Source: Hormiphora californensis (lineage: Eukaryota; Animalia; Ctenophora). From it: DNA of 64,000 nt. Made by a program: the position numbers and the translations under genes. Positions 12,587 to 23,912 of this stretch are shown one piece after another. The stretch's first letter is position 1. The number at the start of each line of letters is the position of its first letter. The DNA is taken from assembly GCA_020137815.1 (NCBI GenBank), contig CM035355.1, positions 1,178,001-1,242,000 on the forward strand, written 5' to 3'. The notes under the pieces are model-generated. The model worked only from the letters and a program-made list of their open reading frames with translations, was not told where the DNA came from and did no database searches.

Positions 12587-15500
12587 GCTCCATTTCTCTT
12601 TGTAACCCCTATCTAACCAGGCCGGATTATTGGAGTAACCCGAGATGCAGATAACGGGTTGGCGTTCAGGCTCACCCTGCAGACTAGGGAGCAACACATT
12701 AAGAGGAACAAGGCTACTAGTAACATCTGTACAGCACAGGTAGGAACAAGGCTACTAGTAACATCTGTACAGCACAGGTATGAACAGGGCTACTAGTAAC
12801 ATCTGTACAACACAGGTAGGAACAAGGCTACTAGTAACATCTGTACAGCACAGGTAGGAACAAGGCTACTAGTAACATCTGTACAGCACAGGTAGGAACA
12901 GGGCTACTACTTTTAGTTATATGACAATGTTATATCCATTCAGCAAAACCCCTGGTGTGAATACAATTATTATTGATTTACCCTCTCTTCCAGGCTCTGT
13001 TGGCTAACATGGCGGCTATGTATGCTGTGTATCACGGTGCTGATGGACTCCGCTCCATTGCTGAGAAGGTTCATTTCTCTACTTGTATTGTGGCTGAAGG
13101 TAAGGAGATTCCACCAACTCATTCCACTATGTTACTTGTACCAACCAAGTGTTATTGTGTTGGAGACACACGCCTGAGTTCCGTGTACATTATTTGAGTT
13201 CTGTTTCCTCCCTCTCTCTCTCTCTCTCTCTGTTAGATCGATAGAGAAACGTTTAGCTAGTGTACCAGCTACCAATAACAGAGTACACAGCTATCTCTCC
13301 TTCCTTTTCTAGTTCTCCATCTCTCTACAGTCTACACACACTACTGCTTGTGAAATATGTCTCCCCTTAGTAGAAGAGTGTTATTTCAGGAACTATAAAC
13401 AAGACAAACTTGTGTTCAATAAACATCGCTGGCTGACAATAATGTTCAATAATTTTCCCACGACAGGTGCCAGAAGGGCTGGCCATCACATTGAGGATGG
13501 TGCCTTCTTCGACACTCTGAAGATCAAAATCCGATCTGAACAGGCATTCCAAGATGCCCTCGTTAACGCAGAGATAAGGCAGATTAATATCAGGATATAC
13601 GATGGAGAAGCTAACACAGTAAGTACTCCATCCTCTCTCACCTACCTGTAAAAGTTAGAACAAGTCTAGTTTGGGATCAACAGCAAGTTCAACTTGTAGA
13701 GTTCTTTGAGGGGCAGTATGACACTATTTGTTACTACCACCCCTAGATTGGAATTTCCCTGGATGAGACAGTAACTTCTGAGGATCTTGATGATCTGTTG
13801 TTTGTTCTCGGAGCACCATCCAGTGTAAGAAATTATTTTGTTTCTAGATTCCACATCCATTTAATAATCCCATGTACTACATAATATACTGTTTTTTGAG
13901 ACACAGTTAACTAATTATATGTAGTAAGTTATACAATTAACTAATTAATGTAATTGCCAGTCTAGTTGGAGTGGTACAGATGGTTCGGTAAGGTGTTGTG
14001 CTAACGTGAACTGTGAAGCTTTTTGAAACTACAACAGCTACATTAAACGCTTGTATTGCTACTTTTAATTTATCCAGCAATTTCAGGCACTTGTCCAGCT
14101 AATGTTATTTTAATAGCTCTAGACTTTGTCTAACAAGCTATAAGCTTTATATAGTTAGATGGAGAGTGAGAACAATATCACATGCTACCTAACACACGTC
14201 TGTTCGTTACTAACGGCTAAGCATTGTGCTAGGAACTCTTGGTTAACTCTGCACTCTGCACTAAGTACTTGTCGGAGAATTTGAAAGGTTTACCAAGACG
14301 TGGTAACTAGAGACTACCATGTATAATAAAGGGTGGGTCGGGCGAACTGATCCTAAACTGGCCAACACATGGTAACGAGAGCGGTGGGCTACCGTCTTGG
14401 CGTGCACTGTCACCGGTACATGTCAAATGGAAAGGGGGGTGGACTATAGCCGCTGCATCTCGTTTCTGCCAACTAGGGTTTCATGATATAAGATCACGAT
14501 CAATCTGCTAATAGTGTGAAGCAATATGTGCCTAATCGAGATGAATCTAGCCGAGATCCCTGCTGTATGGCTTGTAAACAGGGTATCGGAGCTAGAGGGT
14601 TCCGTACAGTTGTAACACTAGTTGGCAGAAACGAGATGCAGCGGCTATAGTCCACCCCCCTTTCCATTTGACATGTACCGGTGACAGTGCACGCCAAGAC
14701 GGTAGCCCACCGCTCTCGTTACCATGTGTTGGCCAGTTTAGGATCAGTTCGCCCGACCCACCCTTTATATATCAGTTGTTTAATCGCACTGTACGGGAGA
14801 GAACTGTGTTAAAGACCTGAATGGAGCCTACTGACTAACACATGAGAAGGTTGTATCGACTCTTGTTAGAATACAATGTTTGTTTCTATCAGGGTTTCAT
14901 GATATAAGATCACGATCAATCTGCTAATAGTGTGAAGCAATATGTGCCTAATCGAGATGAATCTAGCCGAGATCCCTGCTGTATGGCTTGTAAACAGGGT
15001 ATCGGAGCTGGAGGGTTCCGTACAGTTGTAACACTAGTTGGCAGAAACGAGATGCAGCGGCTATAGTCCACCCCCCTTTCCATTTGACATGTACCGGTGA
15101 CAGTGCACGCCAAGACGGTAGCCCACCGCTCTCGTTACCATGTGTTGGCCAGTTTAGGATCAGTTCGCCCGACCCACCCTTTATATATCAGTTGTTTAAT
15201 CGCACTGTACGGGAGAGAACTGTGTTAAAGACCTGAATGGAGCCTACTGACTAACACATGAGAAGGTTGTATCGACTCTTGTTAGAATACAATGTTTGTT
15301 TCTATCAGGGTTTCATGATATAAGATCACGATCAATCTGCTAATAGTGTGAAGCAATATGTGCCTAATCGAGATGAATCTAGCCGAGATCCCTGCTGTAT
15401 GGCTTGTAAACAGGGTATCGGAGCTGGAGGGTTCCGTACAGTTGTAACACTAGTTGGCAGAAACGAGATGCAGCGGCTATAGTCCACCCCCCTTTCCATT

Positions 15501-16377
15501 TACCATGTATAATCCTTGTCTCATATAAGACCGTCCTCTCCGCACCGGGCCGAAGGCCCGGTGCGGCTACGTGAGGCCGCGTAGTTGCGCGATGTACAGT
15601 CAGTGTCTGACAAGTATAATCCACATATTTTTCACGGCGTGGGTCGTACAACTTATCATGATCTCCTAATATCTCCTAATCATTATTCAAAGTTAGCTTG
15701 ATGGCTATACAGTGCTCAATCTTTGCAGAGAAAAACCAAACACAAAAACACAGAAAATTCGTTTTCTTTGTTTTTTGTCTCCTAATATTCATGTCAATGT
15801 TTTTAGACGAATCTGTGGCAACAGTTCAAACCTCGTGATGGTGGTATTTTGAGGACAAAGTTCGAGAGGACATCTGAGTATCTAACCCACCCAACATTCA
15901 AGAAATACCACAGTGAACACCAGCTAACCAGGTAGAGGAAAAGAAAAGAGGGAGAGAGAAAGAGAGGAGAAGGGAAACGAGGGTAGACAAAACCATCTTT
16001 CGAGAGAAAAAGAAAAGAGAAAAAAGGGCTCAAATAATACTGTAAAGAGGTTGAACAAGGACGGGAAAGTATAGCACGCTCTGTAGAGAAGGTACACACC
16101 CCGTAGCTAAGACCCAGCCCAAGATATTACGCGGGCATGGAAAATAAAAGCTAAGCAGACCCCAGGAGAGAGAGAGCCTAGAGCCGACAGCTAGCGAAGA
16201 GAGCGATAGACTGCGCAAAAAGAGACCGTTTATAGAGAGAGAGAAGCGCAGAGACGAGAAGAGAAGGATGAAAGACTATATATAAGAATGAGATCGAGAG
16301 ATCTTGTCTATAGAGTCGAAGATCGTAGCGATACGGCGGATCTGAAGTCTTGAAGCTTCTTCTTAGTCCTCATGACG

Positions 16378-16458
<81 letters not shown>

Positions 16459-19400
16459 ATTATCAACATCTCTAAACCCTCCTCTCCCAGGTATATCCGA
16501 GAACTAGAAAAGAAGGATGTCTCCCTCGTTCACTCTATGATACCCCTTGGTTCATGTACTATGAAGCTCAACGCTACATCAGAGCTGGCACCTGTGTCCC
16601 GCCCTGAGTTCAGTAATATCCATCCCTTCGCGCCCAACCACCAGACACAGGGATATGCAGAACTAATCAAGGTTTGGCATGATAAATACAATTACTGTAT
16701 TTGTTGTAATAAGCATGTTACTTTTAGATGAAAGAGTTTCGGATTTTAAATTGGGAGTTTAAGAATTCGAGTGTGTACGCGTCTGTTTTTATAAGGCCCA
16801 TTTTTATTGCAGCCTCTTTGTGTGTAGGAACTTCTAGATTTTCTCTGTTCGTCTCTTTGTGGCAAGTAAGAGGGGAATAGGAAGCGAAATTAGTTCCTCA
16901 TGTAAATTTGATACTCTAAATTTCAGGGGCATAAGGGCCTTCTTTTCACCTTCATCCTTTCTTCTTTGAGCTGTATCGGGCCTCCCTACTTCTTAGCTAG
17001 GAAACTGAAATGAAATTACATAAATGAAATTTTGTTCGCATACAGAAATTTGATATGAAACAGAAATGAAAGAACTTGAGAGTAGGGGAGATGTTACCCC
17101 TCCAACCCTAGTAGAACACAGGGACTAATTACCCCAATTACCCCCCCCCCCAATTAACCCCCCGCCCCCAATAACTCCCCACCTGCCTCTAGGAACTGCA
17201 CGATGACCTCTGTGAGATAACGGGTTACGATTCCATCTCCTTCCAGCCCAACAGTGGGGCACAGGGGGAGTATGCAGGGCTCCTCGCCATCAAGGCATAC
17301 CATGAGGACATTGGAGAGGGACACCGTAACATCTGCCTGGTATGTAGTGCTGGGTAATTTAGGAATAAAGTTGAGTTGATATATTGATATATACCCTGTG
17401 ACGTACAACTATTCCGTATACTACATAAACAACTCACCGTCTGTTGTTGTTCAGATTAAACAATGTTTATACTAACAGCCATCATTCTAACAACCTTTCT
17501 TGGCACAGGTCCCAGTTAGTGCACATGGTACCAACCCAGCTAGCGCCCAGATGGCTGGTATGACTGTTGTCATTGTTAAAACGCTGCCAGATGGACAGAT
17601 TGATATAGAGGATGTTCGTGAGAAGGTGAGGAATGTTAATTAGTGTTAACTTGTGTTAACTTGTGTTGTTAACGCCAAGTTAACACGATGAAAAAGAGCT
17701 TGATACTTGGCGTAACGCGCGATCCCATACCCCACATCCGCATCAAAATCTCTTCAGCGCGAGGTTGTCAGCACTACTCAGGACCTTGTGATTGCGCGCG
17801 CGGCATAGTTATTGAAATATTAGCCATGAGGTTCGACTTGGACTTGGAGCATGTGGTGATGTTTGTACTTCTTCACTAATAATTAACGCCCGTTATCCCC
17901 CACCCAGTGTGAGAAACATTCTAAGAATTTGAGCAGCATTATGATCACTTACCCTTCAACATATGGGGTCTTTGAGAGTGGAGTTCGAGAAATATGTGAT
18001 CTGATACATGAACATGGTGGTCAGGTGTATCTAGATGGAGCCAACATGAACGCACAGGTACATTGTTGGTTGACCAATGACCCCCTCCCCCCCCCCCTTG
18101 GCCCTTCCCTGCACAGTGTACACTGTGCAATGTACAGTGTACACTGTACAATGCACATCCCCCGGCTCTAATGTATTATTTCCATGATATGCCCTGTCCT
18201 TCAAAGATGTCTCCATTATGATATATCACTAGTGGGCAAATGTTTGCATGTAATACTGTAAAGCAACACATCCCCACACACCAGGTTGGTCTTTGTAAGC
18301 CCGGTCACTTTGGATCGGATGTATCTCATCTAAATCTTCATAAGACCTTCTGTATTCCCCACGGGGGTGGCGGTCCCGGTGTTGGCCCTATCGGAGTGTA
18401 AGTATTGCGTTGTTGGTGGGTTTGTTTGTTGGTCTAACTTGTCAACTACCTACTAGACTGTCCATCATGACCTGATTCCCATGTCTAATCACCACCCTCC
18501 CCTCCCATAGTAAGAAACACTTGACCCCCTTCCTGCCCGGTCACGGTATTATTCCCCCAATGGGTACAGACGCCCCTGGAGCACGCCCCTTCGGTCAAAT
18601 ATCTGCTGCACCCTACGGCTCAGCTCTTATCCTGCCCATCTCTTGGGCTTACATCAAGCTAATGGGTCCCGAGGCGCTCCGCAAAGCAACACAAGTTGCC
18701 ATCCTCAATGCGAACTACATGGCCAAACGGTTGGAGCCCCACTACGACATTCTGTTCAAGAATGAGAATGGCATTTGTGCACATGAGTTCATTATGGACA
18801 CCAGGAACTTTGAAGGAACAACTGTGGGGGTGATGGACATTGCAAAGCGACTACAGGACTACGGTAAGAGGGGCGGTATAATGGGTTATTCAGGTGACCT
18901 GTGGAGATACTAGATACATGGGGAGTGCAGTTCTTTGAACTATTCAGAACCTACTACATAACAACCCCCCCTATCTCAGGATTCCATGCACCGACAACTA
19001 GCTGGCCGGTAGTTAACACATTGATGGTGGAACCTACTGAGAGTGAGGACCAGGGTGAACTGGATCGATATTGTGACGCACTTATTAGTAAGTATTATAG
19101 GGACCGTGATCCTCTGTGAATCACATGCTGTGATCCCCCCCCCCTCTAGTAGAGGAACCAGTAGCTGAACATATACTGGTCTGTTTGAAACCATTCATCC
19201 TCTCCTAGTGGGAGTCCCTAATTTCTGTTCCCTAACACCCCCCCTTTCTAGATATTCGCCAGGAGATTACAGACATTCAGGAGGGACGGGCTGATATTGA
19301 GAACAATGTGATCAAGAGGGCCCCCCACACTCAGAGGGTGGTTACTAATGATGAGTGGGACCGACCTTACACACGGAAAGAAGCCGCTTTCCCATTGGTT

Positions 19401-19691
19401 AGTGCCCCGCAGGGAAATAGGGAAATGTATCCAACATTATTCATTTCCGAAGAATATTTCTCGATAAAACCTCGATGGAGCTCTATTCCCTCATTCTTAC
19501 CAATATGTTCCTTGCAGTTGCAGGGGTGAGCTAAATATCTAACAAATCTCTCCTCTATCTAGCCGTGGATTACAACGGACAAGAAGGTATGGCCAGCATC
19601 TGCCAGGGTTGATGACGCCTACGGAGACCAAAACGTGTTCTGCACCTGTCCACCGGTCGAGGCGTACTCTATCGATGATCTGAAGAAATAG
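9027..19691 (+). CDS. GLDC: Glycine dehydrogenase (decarboxylating), glycine cleavage P protein, mitochondrial; multi-exon
   Basis: Exons give [136 protein letters not shown] (PLP lysine), LMVEPTESE and [17 protein letters not shown]. The N-terminus looks like a mitochondrial presequence. Stop TAG at 19689-19691. Confidence 0.98.
9939..11436 (-). CDS. Intronless cytochrome P450 (CYP46-like N-terminus) nested antisense in GLDC intron 2; one apparent frameshift
   Basis: N-terminal TM helix followed by PGPPP, ExxR (ESLR) and PERF. The heme motif [11 protein letters not shown] continues in ORF 9939..10250 if one base is removed from the A-run at about 10187-10189. Confidence 0.92.
12704..12908 (+). 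repeat. 38-bp tandem repeat of a GLDC exon end plus its splice donor (5 donors)
   Basis: Unit GTAGGAACAAGGCTACTAGTAACATCTGTACAGCACAG; GT donors at 12740, 12778, 12816, 12854 and 12892. Confidence 0.95.
14328..15500 (+). mobile_element. Non-coding retroposed insertion: 149-bp inverted segment plus about 2.5 tandem 416-bp units, 13-bp TSD
   Basis: TACCATGTATAAT at 14315-14327 and 15501-15513. Units start at 14475, 14891 and 15307. 14328-14476 is the reverse complement of part of the unit. Confidence 0.88.
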
Positions 19692-20734
19692 AGTTGTGGT
19701 GTGGACAATGGACAATATGTGTGATGATAAGAAGTGACCCCATCAAACTAACATTTTCAACAGTGACCCTCTTTGTATAAACACTTGGTGGTGGAAGATT
19801 GGGGAGGTATAGGGGCCTGTGGGGCGAGGTGCTCTCACAGTGCCTCGCCCCACAAGCAAAACACTTGATGTCATGGGCCCTCTATGCTATTCCCTTCTCA
19901 GCTAGTACAAAAGGGGATGGGGGAACAGATTGGCACAACAATTAATCTGAGATATTTATTTTCCGAAGAAATCTAAATAGGGAGTCAGGAATTGAGCGTT
20001 AGAGTTAATACACATTTTCAAGAGCACAGCTTTTTATAATGTCAGTGTCTGTGTATCTGTTATTTTCGACCTTTTTTATCCGATTATTATTCGTGCTGTC
20101 GTTCTAATTGTACGATTGTGTTGTACGGTATATGTCACTGTGTCATGTGTCATAATCAATGTTACAGTTACTGTAAGTCACTATTATAGTAAATAGAACT
20201 CTAGAGGTCATCAACTCTGAATGGAATGCTTTTAAGTTCCGTCCGGATATCGTACGCGAAAATAACTTTTCTTCGATGCTTTCTACGGCGCGCGAAATTG
20301 ATTTCATTTACGGCGCGGCGCGCGATTTCAAGAAACATTTTATTTCTCTCTCACGCCGCGCGAGAGAAAGCTCTCCCAGTTTTCAGAAATCAGTTTTCAA
20401 ACCTTACCATGTCTTAGTGGTTGAGTGCTCTGCGCCATTTCACCCCTAACTTCCCTAGTGGGTTGTGTTATTTATGTTTTCGATAGCTAAATTAAAATCT
20501 GGGTTCCTTCCATTGCTAACAATCTAACGATCTTGGCGGTCAAGGGCTACCCGTAAGGGTCTGGTTTGGGATTATCGTTTAGTGCTATCGTTGTCTATCA
20601 GATACCATTTAGTTAATTAAAATTAGTCATGTGGTTGCGTGACTGTAGCTGTTTGATAAAAGTTAGTCTAAGTATACTCCTTTGGTAGCGTGCACGGTGC
20701 ACCTGTAATCAGGCTGCAAGGCACCCAGATTATA

Positions 20735-21019
20735 ACTAAAGGAGCGAAAAGTTCTGCTAGCCACCTTGAAACGGGTTCGTACAGATGATCCAGGTGGCAA
20801 TTATTATATCAGAAACAATGTGATCCAAGTCGGATAGCGAACTGAACTTTATCAATCGGACTGTTTCTATATGTTACCCCGCTTTAGGTAACTGCCGATG
20901 CTTTTAGCCTCTCGGCCTTGTAGGATATATATATTTAACTATATATGTCTATAGTGTAAGAGCGGGAAGGGTCTGTTAATGACTCTAATATAAATTGTGA
21001 TGTTCATTCATTCATTCAT
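20735..21019 (+). mobile_element. Second CR1/L2-type remnant: ORF1 C-terminus, short 3' region, (TTCA)n tail
   Basis: Translates to LKERKVLLATLKRVRTDDPGGNYYIRNNVIQVG*, homologous to LKEQKALRSTLKRIRSEDPDGCYFIRNNLIQVG* ending at 8585. Ends in TTCATTCATTCATTCAT. Confidence 0.7.
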
Positions 21020-21044
21020 AATCGCGCCCGTTTTCGGATTCGAT

Positions 21045-21489
21045 TTTTGCATGTGCTTGGCTAACAAATTGCCCACCTACTCGCCTTAGCACACGTAGCC
21101 AAGTCTCTTGAAAGCGATGGTAGCGGGTCTATGTATTATGCCGATGAACTTTGGTGTGGACTTCCTGGAATTTGATGGTCTTAACGACCTAGAAATGACA
21201 TGCTGTGGAGGGGAGAGACTCCGAACAAGTTCATTCCCTCTGGCCCTCAATAGTCCTGTGTTGTGTGACTTGGTGGGTGTTCAAAAAATGAAGGAACTCG
21301 ATGTGGAGGACTTCTCCCGATCCTCAGTTCTATGTTTCATCCAATCCTGCTACTCCGGATCTACAGCTGTCAGCCGTGAAAACTTTCGAGAGGTGAACAA
21401 GCTGAGTGCAGTGTTCAAGGTGGAATGGATGATAAAAGAGTGTCTTGAGTTTTACACTGACCTCTGCTCCGAGTTGAGCTCCCTTGAAA
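21045..21489 (+). pseudogene. 5' partial duplicate of the downstream BTB gene, truncated at transposon sequence
   Basis: Nearly identical to about 23841-24285 up to GAGCTCCCTTGAAA, then switches to unrelated repeat sequence. Confidence 0.9.
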
Positions 21490-21543
21490 CGGGGGCCGCA
21501 GGATTGTTTTGCCCGCGTCACCCCACCCAATGTTAAGAATCAA

Positions 21544-22093
21544 AGCTAGTGAAAAAATCAAGTCAAACGGACTCAGGGGCCAAAGTTATAAGCACCGCCG
21601 TTTTTTCGCTCGCAAAGTTATCTTCGACCCAGCCGGGCCCGTCCTGAGCTCAGGCCAAACGCGCGCGTGGCATTCCCTTCAGTCCCCTCGTTGCGGGGGT
21701 GCGCGCATGAGGGGGCTGCAGCGCATTCCAATCACCCCCCTTTTCGTGCGCGGAATGTTTTTGCGCGTCACATCACATGTTAACGTGTGGTGTGCGCGTG
21801 AAAATTGATAAATTTCATATGCGCGGTCATTTTGGGGTGACAACTTCAAAAAATCCGACTTTAGGGATCGGGCGCCGTTACGATCTGGGTGTTTGGTGGC
21901 TTGGATTGGAATGCGCTGCAGCCCCCTCATGCGCGCACCCCCGCAACGAGGGGACTGAAGGGAATGCCGCGCGCGCGTTTGGCCTGAGCTCAGGACGGGC
22001 CCGGCTGGGTCGAAGATAACTTTGCGAGCGAAAAAACGGCGGTGCTTATAACTTTGGCCCCTGAAGTCCGTTTGACTTGATTCTTTCACTAGC
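21544..22093. mobile_element. GC-rich foldback segment with about 190-bp inverted arms
   Basis: 21544-21733 is the reverse complement of about 21904-22093. Confidence 0.85.
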
Positions 22094-22689
22094 TGTTAGA
22101 TCTGACAATTATCTACCTTGCTGTTTTTGAGAGGAGTTAATTGGACTTCAGGAGGCTGAGCAATAGCCGTTCAAAGATGGGTTGTTTTCAAAAAGTGACG
22201 TCACAGATTCTTGCAGGGACACCATTTTTATAATTTGAATTAAAATCTCGAATTTTTTATTTTACCGCACTCGATTTTGCGGAGTTTGGTTCATATCTCC
22301 TGTTCCTGATAAGATAGAGACCTGAAACCGGTTGCATTTGAAAGCTGTTATCTTCCTCTTTCCAACGCTACCAAAACGATTTCTGTACCTTATCTGGAAC
22401 CGGAGATATGATTGATTATGTATTCCCCCCAGCGCGGTATTCCCTCCAGGCCCCTTATATTATATTATAAGGGGCCTGCAACGTATGCCAATGGCTTGGA
22501 ATGCGCTGCAGCCCCCTCATGCGCGCACCCCCGCAATTATATTATAAGGGGCCTGCAACGTATGCCAATTTGGTGGCCTGTTTACAGGTGCGCGCTGCCA
22601 AAAAAGTTGATTCACTAAAATGGCTCTAACCGCCAAACCACTCAACCGTTTTGGCTAAATCAAAGTTTATCTGGTAGGAAATGTCAAGG

Positions 22690-22747
22690 CCTAACCCCAA
22701 CCCAAACCCCAGCCCTAACCCTAACCCCACTTTAGCCCTAACCCTAA
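22690..22747 (+). repeat. Degenerate (CCCTAA)n telomere-like tract inside a transposon patchwork
   Basis: CTAACCCCAACCCAAACCCCAGCCCTAACCCTAACCCC...AGCCCTAACCCTAA. Confidence 0.75.
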
Positions 22748-22796
22748 AAAACCGTTTGTCAGCACTCACGAAACACCCAGATTTTAACGCTGGCCA

Positions 22797-23342
22797 TAGG
22801 GATCCCTAAAGGAAAACCCAAGCAACAATAGCCCTCACTTGGGTTTTGTGAAATTTCACACGGTCATTGCTCCACCCCCTGATGAGATAGAGACTTGAAA
22901 TTTTGTAGTGAGGTAGAACTCGACATGATCTATCCAACTACAAAATATCAAGTCTCTATCTCATCAGGGGGTGGAGCAATGATCGTGGGAAATTTCACAA
23001 AACCCAAGTGAGGGCTATTGTTGCTTGGGTTTTCCTTTAAAAAAGTTCAGTATTTACACAGAGTTTAAAGTCCATTTTTTTCAACTGTTCACCCCCCAAA
23101 GTCGTGCGCGGAATTGTTTTGCGCGTTTATCACATGTGGCTTTTTTCAAGAAAATATTGGATTGTGTGCTGCAAAATTGACAAAATTGAGCGCTGCGGCG
23201 AAAAAAGTTTCCGAAAACGCTGCAAATCGAGTGCGAAAGACGCAGTCGTTACACCCAGAGCGGCGCGGGCGCTCTGGGTGTAACGACTGAGTAAAGACTG
23301 TGTAAACTCTGTGTAAATACTGAACTTTTTTAGGGATCCCTA
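22797..23342. mobile_element. Second TAGGGATCCCTA-family TIR element, left TIR split by a nested palindromic MITE
   Basis: The left TIR resumes at 23041 (AAAAGTTCAGTATTTACACAGAG). The right TIR ends ...GAACTTTTTTAGGGATCCCTA at 23342. Internal 20-bp-stem hairpin at about 23243-23289. Confidence 0.85.
22810..23036. mobile_element. 227-bp palindromic MITE (AGG...CCT ends, Kolobok-like)
   Basis: About 100-bp inverted arms; flanks CTAA and TTAA; the empty site is visible at 7875-7890. Confidence 0.88.
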
Positions 23343-23374
23343 TCAGAGAAACAGTTGAGTGGTCTGGCGGTTAA

Positions 23375-23592
23375 AGTCGGATTTTTTGAAACTGTCACCC
23401 CCCTGAAATAACAAATTTGTCATATCTCCGGTTCCTGATAAGATAAAGACTTGAAATTTGGAGGTTCGGAAGAACTTAGCAAGATCTTTATAACCTCCAA
23501 ATTTCAAGTCTCTATCTCATCAGGAACCGGACTTATGGTCATTTAAAGAAATTTGAAAACTCAGGGGGGTGACAGTTTCAAAAAATCCGACT
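23375..23592. mobile_element. 218-bp palindromic MITE (AGT...ACT ends, Kolobok-like)
   Basis: TIR AGTCGGATTTTTTGAAACTGTCACCCCCCTGA; flanks TTAA and TTAG; the empty site is visible at 23752-23778. Confidence 0.88.
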
Positions 23593-23912
23593 TTAGAGCC
23601 GTTTAAGTGCTGGGCACTGCAGGGTTGGCATGCGCAAGTGTGCGCGTTTTCCACGGCTTCTAGGGCCTGTAGCATAGGCCAAACTGCAGGGTATAGTACT
23701 CTTTTAGCAGCTTGTACCTGTAAAAAGGCCTCCAAACACCCAGAATTTTTGGTTGAGTGGTCTGGCGGTTAGAGCCGTATAAGTGCAGGGTACTCTTTTA
23801 GCAGCTTGTACCTGTAAAAAGGCCTCCAAACACCCAGAATTTTTGGCATGTGCTGGCAAATAAATTGCCCGTATACTCGCCTTAGCACACGTAGCCAAGT
23901 CTCTTGAAAACG

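Noticed and set aside
12704-12908. Regular 38-bp repeats resembling a CRISPR array
   Set aside because: The units are contiguous with no unique spacers, derive from the GLDC exon end, and there are no cas genes in this eukaryotic context.
14475-14890. Hammerhead, twister or HDV ribozyme in the 416-bp unit
   Set aside because: No CTGA on either strand fits CUGANGA; GTTTACAAGCC and GCTAA only loosely recall twister and HDV motifs and I could not build the folds by eye, so none is claimed.
14500-15651. Repeated 65-90 aa ORFs ([14 protein letters not shown]...)
   Set aside because: Short, mostly non-ATG starts and no domain; by-products of the 416-bp repeat.
22690-22747. Relic chromosome end or fusion site
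   Set aside because: The tract is short, degenerate and embedded in transposon sequence.
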